Notes under the pieces: generated by a model
Seen by the model: the letters and a program-made list of their open reading frames with translations, nothing else
Told to the model about the DNA's origin: nothing
Database searches by the model: none
IMG/VR virus record: IMGVR_UViG_3300045988_069167
Strand: one strand, 5' to 3'
DNA length: 63,884 bases
Origin: a virus
Part shown: in pieces, positions 33,436-42,194 of the stretch
Numbering within the stretch: the stretch's first letter is position 1
Layout: the number at the start of each line of letters is the position of its first letter
Position numbers and translations under genes: made by a program

Positions 33436-34251
33436 ATGAACAAAAATATAAATACAGAGCAGAATGCTGGTGCTGCTAAACAACAAGATACAAAGACCAA
33501 GAGAGACTTGGCTTTGGAACGCTTGAAGACCAGACATCCCGACACCGAGTATGCAGACGATGAGTCTATCTATGGAGCCATCAATGACGATTATGATGCC
33601 GACCAGAAGGCTTTGCAGGGTTACAAGGATAACGAGAAGGCTATGGGCGATTGGCTGGGTAGTGACCCTGAGGCGGCTACCTTCCTTCAGGCGATGAAGG
33701 CTGGCAAGAGTCCTTACGCTGAGTTGATTCGCACGCATGGCGAGGATGCTATTGACTACTATTCAGACCCTGACAATGCGGACGAGATTGCATCGGCTCA
33801 GTCTGAGTTCTTGCAGAATGCTGCCAACGGCAAGAAATTGCAGGATGAGTATGACAAGAATATGCCATCCAGCTATGAAGTCTTCGACAAATTGGAAGAG
33901 AAGTATGGCGAGGAAGCGGTGAACAATGCTATTGACCAATGCTTTCAGACTATGCGCAATGTGGTGACGGGCAAGTTTACAGAGGAAATGATTACTGCGT
34001 TCATCAAGGCTAAGAACCATGATACCGATGTGGCTGATGCTGCCCATGAGGGTGAAGTTCGTGGCAAGAACAGCAAGCACGTAAAGAACTTGGAGCTTCG
34101 CAAGAAGGGTGATGGTACTGCTGACCTTGATTCTGCCAATGCAGAAACTAAGCAGACAGATAACCAGCCTGACCTTGGTGCGCTTGGTAGGGTATCACGT
34201 AGAGGTAACATCTGGGAGCGTGGGCACGAGAAAAGAACACGTATTCGATAA
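33436..34251 (+). CDS. Putative scaffolding protein
   Basis: 271-aa acidic helical protein immediately upstream of the capsid gene, with a basic C-terminal tail GRVSRRGNIWERGHEKRTRIR. Confidence 0.6.
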   Translation: MNKNINTEQNAGAAKQQDTKTKRDLALERLKTRHPDTEYADDESIYGAINDDYDADQKALQGYKDNEKAMGDWLGSDPEAATFLQAMKAGKSPYAELIRTHGEDAIDYYSDPDNADEIASAQSEFLQNAANGKKLQDEYDKNMPSSYEVFDKLEEKYGEEAVNNAIDQCFQTMRNVVTGKFTEEMITAFIKAKNHDTDVADAAHEGEVRGKNSKHVKNLELRKKGDGTADLDSANAETKQTDNQPDLGALGRVSRRGNIWERGHEKRTRIR

Positions 34252-34303
34252 TGTGATAAGGTAAAAAGATAATTTATATGTTTAATTAATATTCAGAATA
34301 ACA

Positions 34304-35842
34304 ATGAAGAAAAGTAAATTTAATCGGCTGCTTTCCATTTTTCTGATGGTTATGGCGGTTATTTTTGGTGTGAATGGTCAGGTCGTTATGGCTGAGGCGG
34401 CTCTGCCTGATGGCGGTACGTCCGAAAGTGGCCATGCTGCTGAGGCTGGCGGTGCTACCGCTGCCGATGATGCTGGCAATGGTGGCGCAGCCCGTCAGAA
34501 TGATGGTATCGCTACTGAGGGAAAAGGTCGTGAGCACTTTAACGAGAATGGCACGGAGTTCTATGAGAACGACATCAACGACAAGATTACTAAGATTCGT
34601 CCGATGGCTACTCCTGTTGACCAGATTTCACGCTATGCGACAACCAAGTCTGCCAGTTCATTTGTAGTTGAGTATTGGAGTATCGGTACACGTCCTATCA
34701 AGACTACCGTCAAGGAAACAACTGTTGAGAGTACTGGTACATCTATGGTATTGAAGGTAGAAGACCCTGAAATGTTTACGCTGGATGATACCATCCGAGT
34801 TGTAGGTGTTAAGGCGATTACCAACTACAAGAATCAGGCTTATGCAGACCTTACCGATGAACCTACTCCTGATTTGGAACTTTGTGTGTGCGGAAAGGAT
34901 AATGAGGGTTATCCTATTGTGTATGCAGTAAATGGTAAATTGGTTAAGAAACAGCCTATTGGCGTTCCAGCCTTACAGAAGGGTCAGAAGCTCATTCGTA
35001 TGGCGAAGAGTTGCGGTGAGTTGGACGTACAGACAGGTCGTTTCAACAACCTTCCTGCTTCTGAGACTCAGTTCTGCCAGAACTTCATGATTCAGATTGA
35101 GGAGAGTACCTTCAATAAGATTGCTGCTAAGCGAGTAGATTGGGACTTCTCTGATATTGAGGAGGATAGTATCTACGATATGCGTCTTGCTATGGAGGGT
35201 ACTTATCTCTTCGGTGATATGGCTTGTATCAAACATACCACCAAGAACAACTCTGCCCAGTGGTTTACAAAGGGTATCTGGTGGATGGCTGGAAAGGATA
35301 TTGAGGTAGGTCATGTTGCTACTGCCGATGATATAAAGAAGGGTTACAACAAGAACGAGCGAGTGATTACCGATTTGGAGTTGGTTGACATTTCTAAGGA
35401 TTTGTTCGTTGGTACTGGTATCGGCAACAAGCGCAAGGTGATTATCGCTGGCTCAGACTTCGTGAGCGCATTCAGTAAGATTAATTCTGATAAATTCCGC
35501 TTGAAGGACACCGTTGAGGTTTGGGACTTGAAGTTCAAGAGTTGGGAGACCGACTTTGGTGAGGTGCTGATGATTCACTCTGAGTTATTTGACCTCTTTG
35601 ATATGAGTGACTGCGGCTTCGCTCTTGACCCAGAGTTCTTGGTTAAGCGAGTACACTTGTCTTGGACACGTAACGTACTCGACTTGAAGAAGGCTGGCAT
35701 CCGTAACACCGATGCAGTAGTTATTCAGGAGGTAGCTTGTCTGTACTTGAAGTACCCTAAGGCACACGCTCGTATGCGCCTTGCTGCGGTTCCTGCAACA
35801 GATAGCATGTCTGAAACTGGCGAGACAAAGGCTGCTGCCTAA
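34304..35842 (+). CDS. Major capsid protein (HK97-fold-like) with unusual signal-peptide-like N-terminus and about 95-aa low-complexity pro-region
   Basis: 512-aa ORF between the scaffold and portal genes, followed by a strong terminator. Contains ITKIRPMATPVDQISRY and a beta-rich core. The N-terminus reads MKKSKFNRLLSIFLMVMAVIFGVNGQVVMAEA. Confidence 0.75.
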   Translation: MKKSKFNRLLSIFLMVMAVIFGVNGQVVMAEAALPDGGTSESGHAAEAGGATAADDAGNGGAARQNDGIATEGKGREHFNENGTEFYENDINDKITKIRPMATPVDQISRYATTKSASSFVVEYWSIGTRPIKTTVKETTVESTGTSMVLKVEDPEMFTLDDTIRVVGVKAITNYKNQAYADLTDEPTPDLELCVCGKDNEGYPIVYAVNGKLVKKQPIGVPALQKGQKLIRMAKSCGELDVQTGRFNNLPASETQFCQNFMIQIEESTFNKIAAKRVDWDFSDIEEDSIYDMRLAMEGTYLFGDMACIKHTTKNNSAQWFTKGIWWMAGKDIEVGHVATADDIKKGYNKNERVITDLELVDISKDLFVGTGIGNKRKVIIAGSDFVSAFSKINSDKFRLKDTVEVWDLKFKSWETDFGEVLMIHSELFDLFDMSDCGFALDPEFLVKRVHLSWTRNVLDLKKAGIRNTDAVVIQEVACLYLKYPKAHARMRLAAVPATDSMSETGETKAAA

Positions 35843-35880
35843 CAGCAAGTAGAATTGCAAATTTATTCATCAAATAGTGA

Positions 35881-35911
35881 GGGGTGTGGGCACTTGCCCC
35901 ATCCCTTTTTT
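35881..35911 (+). terminator. Rho-independent terminator after the capsid gene
   Basis: GC-rich hairpin ggggtgtgggcacttgccccatccc followed by T6. Confidence 0.8.
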
Positions 35912-35943
35912 AGTAACACATATATATATAATAAGGTATAATC

Positions 35944-36351
35944 ATGTTTAATAAATATCAAGCAGGTACTGATTTGGCATTCAGCGTTATGGTAGGTAAC
36001 GAGCGGATGCGTATTAATTTCGAGGGTAAAACAATGGGTAGTAGCATCTATATAACAAGAGACCCAAAGGTACAGAAGGCTATCGAGTCACATTATTGGT
36101 TCAACGACAAGTTCTTCTTGGTGGAGAGTATTGACGAGAAGAAGGAAGCTGCGGAAGCCAAGAAGAAGGCTGCTGCCAAGGCAAAGAAGAAGGTGGCTGA
36201 CGAGAAGAAGACCCACGTAGTGACAGACGTTGAGGATGCCAAGGACTATCTGGCTGAGACCTATGGTGTGAGCCGTTCAAAGATGAAGACCAAGGAAGAC
36301 ATCTTGGCTATTGCAAATGAAAAGGGTGTTGAACTAGAAGGCTTAGAGTAA
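35944..36351 (+). CDS. Hypothetical head-associated protein (Lys/Ala-rich linker)
   Basis: 135-aa ORF containing EKKEAAEAKKKAAAKAKKKVADEKK. Confidence 0.65.
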   Translation: MFNKYQAGTDLAFSVMVGNERMRINFEGKTMGSSIYITRDPKVQKAIESHYWFNDKFFLVESIDEKKEAAEAKKKAAAKAKKKVADEKKTHVVTDVEDAKDYLAETYGVSRSKMKTKEDILAIANEKGVELEGLE

Positions 36352-37010
36352 TGGTAGAATATGCTGTATCTGATTTAGTGAAAGAGGTGAAGGTGCTCTT
36401 GGATAGAAACCAAGAGTCTGCTGGCTTGCTGGCTCCTAGTGATTCTGATACACTCTCGCAAGCAGAACTTATTGAGAGTAAAATCGTAGATGCAGCAAGA
36501 ATCATTCTTTCGGATGCTCCTGAGGATATGGTGGAAGGTACTTCGTGTGCGAATGATGTAACGTGGGCGGATAGCAACGGCTATTACGTGGGTAATATGG
36601 TTTTGCCTACCGATATGCTGAGAATCCTTTCTGTGAAGGCAGAAGGCTGGAACCGTCCTGCCGAAATCATTTCAGAGAGTGATGATGCCTACAAGTATCA
36701 GAACTGCAAATATGGAGTCAGGGGAAATCCTGAGCGACCGATTGCGGCTATCGTGCATACGGCTAACGGCAAGAGTATCGAACTATATACTAGTAAAAAG
36801 CAGGATGCTACATTGGCATTCATCTACGTTCAGGTTCCATCTATCACTGACGAACAGAAAATAAGTTTGCCTTCCGTCCTGAAAGATTCTATTCTTTACA
36901 TGGCTGGCTATCTGACGTGCATCAGCCTTGGAGATACAGATACTGCAAGCGGATTCCTCGGTGTAGCGAGAAAGTTGGCACATATTGTTGAACCTACAGA
37001 AACATCATAA
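36351..37010 (+). CDS. Hypothetical head / connector protein
   Basis: 219-aa ORF with an overlapping stop/start with the upstream gene, lying between the capsid and portal genes. Confidence 0.6.
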   Translation: MVEYAVSDLVKEVKVLLDRNQESAGLLAPSDSDTLSQAELIESKIVDAARIILSDAPEDMVEGTSCANDVTWADSNGYYVGNMVLPTDMLRILSVKAEGWNRPAEIISESDDAYKYQNCKYGVRGNPERPIAAIVHTANGKSIELYTSKKQDATLAFIYVQVPSITDEQKISLPSVLKDSILYMAGYLTCISLGDTDTASGFLGVARKLAHIVEPTETS

Positions 37011-37013
37011 ACT

Positions 37014-39050
37014 ATGGCGAAGAAGAAAGAAGAAACCAAACTGCTATCGTTGAGCAGGGTGCTTGACAAGGAAGAACTGGATAGCGTGAAGGCATCCAAG
37101 AACCGATTTGACAAGCCTTATGAGCGTGCCTTCTCTATCTTGCTGGAGGCTCAGCGATATTACAATAACATGGATAACTTCCGAAAGCGAAGACAGAGAA
37201 ACAAGCGATATTGCTATGGAGACCAGTGGGGAGATACCATTGAGTTCAAAAGCAAGTGTGGCTTTAAAAAGCGTATCAAGGAGGAAGACTATATCCGTGA
37301 GCAGGGTAGCGAACCATTGAAGAACAACCTTATCCGTAGATTGGTGAAGAATGTACTGGGTGTATATCGCTCACAGAGCAAGGAACCTACGTGCAATGCT
37401 AGAGATAAGGATGAGAAACGATATGGTGAGACCATGAGCGTGGTGCTGCAATGTAACCGACAACTGAACCGAGAGACGGAACTGGATGCACGAACCATGG
37501 AAGAGTTCCTGATAAGCGGTGCTGCTATCTATAAGAAAAAGTATGGATGGCGAAGAGGTAGGTTGGATTGCTGGACGGACTACGTGAACCCGAACAATTT
37601 CTTCATAGACAACAATATGAGGGATTTCCGTGGTTGGGACGTGAGTTGCTTGGGTGAGGTGCATGACATTACCATCGGCAACGTACTGAGAGAGTTTGCC
37701 AAGTCTCCTGCTGAGGCTCGTAAGTTGAAGGAGATATACCGGTTGGCGGCTAACCGAGATTTCGTGATTGCAGACTGCACTCAGCGATTCGGTGAGTTCG
37801 ACCCTAAGACCATCGACTTTATGAATCCTGCCAACCCTTCGCTCTGCCGAGTGATTGAGGTCTGGCGCAAGGAGAGTAAACCGAGATACCGATGTCATGA
37901 CTACAACAATGGTGACGATTTCAAGATTGATATTGAGGATAAGGCTGATATTGTAGATGCAGAGAACAAAGACAGAATCAGGCGAGGAATGGCTGCTGGC
38001 ATGCTGGAAGAGGATATTCCTCTGATTGATGCCGAGTGGTTTGTGGATGATTACTGGCATTTCTACTACCTTTCTCCTTTTGGTGATATTCTGAGAGAAG
38101 GCGAGACCCCTTATGCTCATGGTGAGCATCCATACTGCTTTAAGTTCTATCCGTTTATTGATGGCGAGATTCACAGCTTCGTGGAAGATGTGATTGACCA
38201 GCAGAGATACGTGAACCGACTTATCACGATGTATGACTTCATCATGCGTGCGAGTGCCAAGGGTGTGCTGCTCTGTCCTGAGGATTGTCTTCCTGATGAT
38301 ATGAGTTGGGATGATTTCTGCGATGAGTGGAGTAGGTTCAATGGTGTGGTGAGATACAAGCCAAACAAGAGCGGTCAGGTTCCTCAGCAAGTGGCGAACA
38401 ATTCTACGAATATCGGTATCGGTGATTTGCTCAGTTATCAGTTGAAGTTCTTCGAGGATATATCGGGAGTGAATGGTGCGCTGCAAGGGAAACCAGGAGT
38501 ATCAGGTACGAGCGGTTCGCTTTATGCCCAGCAGACACAGAATGCTACCATGTCGCTGCTTGATATTTTGGAGACTTTCAGCCAGTTTATCATTGATGGT
38601 GCTTACAAGACCGTGAAGAATATGCAGCAGTACTACGATGTGGCTCGCAACTTCAATATCGTGGGTAGGGCAGGACAGATTGTGCGCTATGACCCTAAGA
38701 AGATTAGAGACGTGGAGTTTGACATCAATATAACGGAAAGTACGGCTACTCCTGTTTATAGACAGATGGCAAATGAGTTCCTTATGACCTTGTGGCAGAA
38801 TCAGGCTATCACGCTGGAGCAGTTGCTGCAAGTAGGAGATTTCCCATTTGGAGAGGAGTTGCTGCAATCGGTTGCATCCAACCAGCAAGCCATTCAGAAT
38901 GGTGAGACTCCACAAGGATTCTCTCCTCAGTTGCAAGCACAAGTGGATCAGGCATCACAGAGCAACCCAAAGGCTCAGGCGATGTTGCAGCAGATGATGA
39001 GCGGTCAGGGGGTGAGTCCTGACGGACAGACCCCACCGCTTGCTGCTTAA
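37014..39050 (+). CDS. Portal protein
   Basis: 678 aa. Contains the N-terminal motif NFRKRRQRNKRYCYGDQWGD, a large alpha/beta core and a Gln-rich C-terminal tail. Confidence 0.8.
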   Translation: MAKKKEETKLLSLSRVLDKEELDSVKASKNRFDKPYERAFSILLEAQRYYNNMDNFRKRRQRNKRYCYGDQWGDTIEFKSKCGFKKRIKEEDYIREQGSEPLKNNLIRRLVKNVLGVYRSQSKEPTCNARDKDEKRYGETMSVVLQCNRQLNRETELDARTMEEFLISGAAIYKKKYGWRRGRLDCWTDYVNPNNFFIDNNMRDFRGWDVSCLGEVHDITIGNVLREFAKSPAEARKLKEIYRLAANRDFVIADCTQRFGEFDPKTIDFMNPANPSLCRVIEVWRKESKPRYRCHDYNNGDDFKIDIEDKADIVDAENKDRIRRGMAAGMLEEDIPLIDAEWFVDDYWHFYYLSPFGDILREGETPYAHGEHPYCFKFYPFIDGEIHSFVEDVIDQQRYVNRLITMYDFIMRASAKGVLLCPEDCLPDDMSWDDFCDEWSRFNGVVRYKPNKSGQVPQQVANNSTNIGIGDLLSYQLKFFEDISGVNGALQGKPGVSGTSGSLYAQQTQNATMSLLDILETFSQFIIDGAYKTVKNMQQYYDVARNFNIVGRAGQIVRYDPKKIRDVEFDINITESTATPVYRQMANEFLMTLWQNQAITLEQLLQVGDFPFGEELLQSVASNQQAIQNGETPQGFSPQLQAQVDQASQSNPKAQAMLQQMMSGQGVSPDGQTPPLAA

Positions 39051-39078
39051 TTTAGTTATTAATTTAATAAATAATAGT

Positions 39079-39300
39079 ATGATTGCAGATAAACCAAGCG
39101 ACAAGGAATGGTATGGCAACGGAAAACCCGATACCAGCCAAGGTAGCAATCCCAATAATGGTATAGCTACGGAGACTAAAGGTAGGGAAGATAAGCCCGA
39201 ACTTTACGAGAATGATGTACTCGGCAAGGTGTCGAAACGCAAGAAAAACGACATCTGGGCGAGGGGCAAAGAGAAACGAACCAAATATAAGGACGAATAA
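39079..39300 (+). CDS. Small protein combining a capsid pro-region-like motif and a scaffold C-terminus-like motif
   Basis: ATG at 39079. NNGIATETKGRE..LYENDV matches the capsid segment NDGIATEGKGRE..FYENDI. NDIWARGKEKRTK matches the scaffold segment GNIWERGHEKRTR. Confidence 0.6.
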   Translation: MIADKPSDKEWYGNGKPDTSQGSNPNNGIATETKGREDKPELYENDVLGKVSKRKKNDIWARGKEKRTKYKDE

Positions 39301-39395
39301 AGAAAGGAGGTGTTTTTATCGTAACTGTATTTGTTTGATACTCAGATAGCTACAGGGATATTTGCGAGTTTATGGTGCTGCGTTGAAGATATTCT

Positions 39396-39403
39396 TATCT
39401 TTG
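39396..39403 (+). promoter_or_regulatory. -7 box TATCTTTG
   Basis: 31 nt upstream of the ATG at 39434. Confidence 0.5.
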
Positions 39404-39433
39404 CAGCATCATAAACTTTTAAATTTTATAGGT

Positions 39434-39919
39434 ATGAATTTCGTAGAGTTTGTCGAAAAGTATCAGCGGGATATGACTCCTGAACAGATGTTGAGTATAG
39501 CTAAGGCTATCGGTAAGTATCTTTCGTACAGGTTGAGCGATGTAGAGGTGCATCATCTTTGTGCGATGGTGCATGGTGTTTTGAGTGAAGAACATTTTGA
39601 CAAGTACTTTGCTGATGATGCTATCAGTAAGATGTGGTATGAGGACGCTGACGGAACCAAGCACATGGCTCCTTTCTTCACGGATGAAGAGATAAAGGAG
39701 ATTTTCGATAAACATAAGGATGATATATCAGACTATACCATCCATGATTTGGCGGTAACTATGAATTTACTGAGGAGTGACCATCATGTTCTGCTGGAGC
39801 GATATAGTGGGGATGCAGAGGAGTTGAAGGGAATGGTAGTGTTGATGGCGATAGAATACCTTCAAGACCCAGACTGTTTGCATCCAACGAGCAAGATATG
39901 GCATAACATTAACGGATAA
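39434..39919 (+). CDS. Hypothetical protein
   Basis: 161 aa counted from MNFVEFVEKYQRDM. The tracked upstream start lies inside the promoter. Confidence 0.65.
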   Translation: MNFVEFVEKYQRDMTPEQMLSIAKAIGKYLSYRLSDVEVHHLCAMVHGVLSEEHFDKYFADDAISKMWYEDADGTKHMAPFFTDEEIKEIFDKHKDDISDYTIHDLAVTMNLLRSDHHVLLERYSGDAEELKGMVVLMAIEYLQDPDCLHPTSKIWHNING

Positions 39920-39936
39920 GATGATGAATTGAAAGG

Positions 39937-39986
39937 CATAACTTATCTTTGCGTATTATTAATATTTTAAAAAAAGATAAGTTATG
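39937..39986 (+). promoter_or_regulatory. Perfect 14-bp inverted repeat enclosing a -7 box and ending on the holin start codon
   Basis: cataacttatcttt (39937-39950) pairs with aaagataagttatg (39973-39986). TATCTTTG lies at 39944-39951. The ATG at 39984-39986 is inside the right arm. Confidence 0.6.
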
Positions 39987-40247
39987 TCTCCAAACGTGCG
40001 TGAAGGATTGCAATATAGTGCAGCTATAGGAATGCTTTTGAGCGGTGTTGTACTCACATTCCTATCATTCTTTCTCAACAATTATGTAGTGTCGGATGGT
40101 GTGCTTTGGTACGTCAGCCAGACTTTGGTTTACTCTGGGGCGATATTCGGGGTAAACGTTTATTTCAAAACAAAATTGGGCAACTTTGAAAGCAGGGTTA
40201 AAAGTGAACTTGCGAGTATAATGAAACAGGTAAAGGAGGGTAAGTAA
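39984..40247 (+). CDS. Holin-like protein (2 TM helices)
   Basis: 87 aa, with two hydrophobic helices and a charged C-terminus, immediately upstream of the endolysin gene. Confidence 0.65.
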   Translation: MSPNVREGLQYSAAIGMLLSGVVLTFLSFFLNNYVVSDGVLWYVSQTLVYSGAIFGVNVYFKTKLGNFESRVKSELASIMKQVKEGK

Positions 40248-40801
40248 TGAAGGTAACAAGAGAACAGATTTTGGCGATTATGCCGAATGCAAAAGATAAG
40301 GTGGACGCTTTTTTGCCTTACATCAATGGTTATGCTGAGGTGTTTCATATTGATACTCCTAAGCGTATGGCTCATTTCTTGGCTCAGATTGCTCATGAGA
40401 GTGGCGAACTGAGATACACTAAGGAACTCGGCAATAAGAACTACTTTCACAAGTATGATGTAGGCGAGTTGAAAAATATGCTCGGGAACCTGAAAGATGG
40501 TGATGGGTATAAGTATCGTGGTAGAGGATTGATACAGATTACTGGCAGGGCAAACTATCAGGCATTTCAGAACAGCAAATATTGCTCTGATGATATTATG
40601 GAAAACCCTCAGTTGTTAGAGCTTCCCCTGTTGGCAACCAAGAGTGCGATGTGGTGGTGGTGGAAACACGACCTGAACAAACTGGCTGATAGTGATAGTT
40701 TCGTGGCTATTACCAAGACCATCAATGGTGGAACTAACGGCTTGGAATCAAGGCGAAAGTTCCTAACAAGAGCAAAGAAGGCTTTCAAAATTCGTCTATG
40801 A
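40247..40801 (+). CDS. Endolysin, glycoside hydrolase family 19 (chitinase-like lysozyme)
   Basis: MAHFLAQIAHESGELRYTKELG and YRGRGLIQITGRANY are hallmark GH19 motifs. Confidence 0.85.
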   Translation: MKVTREQILAIMPNAKDKVDAFLPYINGYAEVFHIDTPKRMAHFLAQIAHESGELRYTKELGNKNYFHKYDVGELKNMLGNLKDGDGYKYRGRGLIQITGRANYQAFQNSKYCSDDIMENPQLLELPLLATKSAMWWWWKHDLNKLADSDSFVAITKTINGGTNGLESRRKFLTRAKKAFKIRL

Positions 40802-41265
40802 AAACAAACTGGTATGATACTTATTTTTGGCAAGTAGCACTCTACGTGATAAGCCTCTTGCTGGTGGCATTTCTTCTGTCTGGATGCAAAACAAAGTACA
40901 TTCCGATGGAAAAAATTGTATATCAGAATGTGATAAAACACGATACGCTGCATACTTCTGACAGCGTTTTCGTACGTGATTCAATCTTCCTCAGACAGAA
41001 GGGAGATACTTGCTTTCTTGACCGATGGCATGAGAAGACCGTCTATAAGAATGTGTATAAGGTGAAGGTGGATTCCTTCTTGAAAAGAGATTCTATCCCA
41101 GTACCCTATCCAGTAGAAAAACAACTCTCAAAGTGGGAGCGGATTCGGTTGAAGTATGCAGTGTGGTCGTTTGGCGCACTCTGTATGCTGCTCATCATAT
41201 TAGGTTATAAACTCTATAAAAAGATAAAGAATGGCAGATTTCACATTGACAATCAAGAAAAATGA
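40798..41265 (+). CDS. Unimolecular spanin candidate (N-terminal lipoprotein signal plus C-terminal TM helix)
   Basis: Lipobox LLSGC after a hydrophobic signal. C-terminal helix YAVWSFGALCMLLIILGY. The gene overlaps the endolysin stop. Confidence 0.6.
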   Translation: MKTNWYDTYFWQVALYVISLLLVAFLLSGCKTKYIPMEKIVYQNVIKHDTLHTSDSVFVRDSIFLRQKGDTCFLDRWHEKTVYKNVYKVKVDSFLKRDSIPVPYPVEKQLSKWERIRLKYAVWSFGALCMLLIILGYKLYKKIKNGRFHIDNQEK

Positions 41266-41689
41266 CATCTATGAAGAGGTGGCGAAGACCACTGCCTACA
41301 TAGGCAAGAAGACAACCGTAGAGGATGGCAAATCGGCTTTTGATCAGATATTCGTGACGGAAGCAGACTTGGCAATGATAGAGCGGTTCTTCAACGAGTC
41401 GTTAGATGCGCTAAGAAATGTTCTGAAACGATTTATCTCAGGTGGCTCAGGAGTAGATGGAACCATCAACTGGGAACTAGAGATGCCAAGCAGATTCGAT
41501 GGCAACCTACTCAGTTCCATCAACTCGTCAGCCAACTCGTTCTTGGTAAACAGCATTATCGGAAAATGGTGCGAGATTGCCGCAAACGACAAGGTAAAGG
41601 AATATGCAGATAACGCTGCTGCATTATTGCTCGACATTAAGGATAAAGCGTTCTACAAAAAGAAACCGACACGAACAAAAATATCATAG
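41231..41689 (+). CDS. Hypothetical (structural?) protein
   Basis: 152-aa ORF with an ATG start, overlapping the previous gene by 35 nt. Confidence 0.6.
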   Translation: MADFTLTIKKNDIYEEVAKTTAYIGKKTTVEDGKSAFDQIFVTEADLAMIERFFNESLDALRNVLKRFISGGSGVDGTINWELEMPSRFDGNLLSSINSSANSFLVNSIIGKWCEIAANDKVKEYADNAAALLLDIKDKAFYKKKPTRTKIS

Positions 41690-41690
41690 T

Positions 41691-42194
41691 ATGGCAAGAA
41701 AGAGTTTAACGATTACGTTGTATATGAGTGAACTCATTTACGACTTTCAGAATAAGGCGTTCCTTACAGGACGCAGTAGAAGAGCTGCCAGTATGGATGC
41801 TGAGGCGGCAAGTAATATTCAGGCGAGCGATGATGACGAAGACAAGAACCAGGCATTGCGTAGCATTCAGAATGCGTACAGTCAACTGCTTGTTGAGTTG
41901 AGTGAGTCAGTTCAAACAGACACAGGTACTACTGCGTCTAACGAGTTGATAAGTAGCGATACCAATATCACCATCAACCTCTCCCTTCCGTCTAACTATC
42001 CACTCGCCTTGAAGGATGCGCTTACCAGTTCCATCCATGACTACATTACCAACAAGGCATTGATGGACTGGTTTATCATTACCAACCCCAACGAGTCGAA
42101 GACTTATTCAGAACTGTCGATAGCTGCTATCAAGAATCTGCATGAGACCTTTAACAGACGTGAGAGGCCCAGCAGGACAGCTCCAAACGTATAA
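41691..42194 (+). CDS. Hypothetical (structural?) protein
   Basis: ATG at 41691 (MARKSLTITL) lies 1 nt after the upstream TAG. Confidence 0.6.
   Translation: MARKSLTITLYMSELIYDFQNKAFLTGRSRRAASMDAEAASNIQASDDDEDKNQALRSIQNAYSQLLVELSESVQTDTGTTASNELISSDTNITINLSLPSNYPLALKDALTSSIHDYITNKALMDWFIITNPNESKTYSELSIAAIKNLHETFNRRERPSRTAPNV

Noticed and set aside
33352-33738. The minus-strand 128-aa ORF across the divergent promoter region and the start of the scaffold gene.
   Set aside because: It overlaps two promoter boxes and the well-supported scaffold gene. Its hydrophobic, low-complexity translation is typical of antisense AT-rich sequence.
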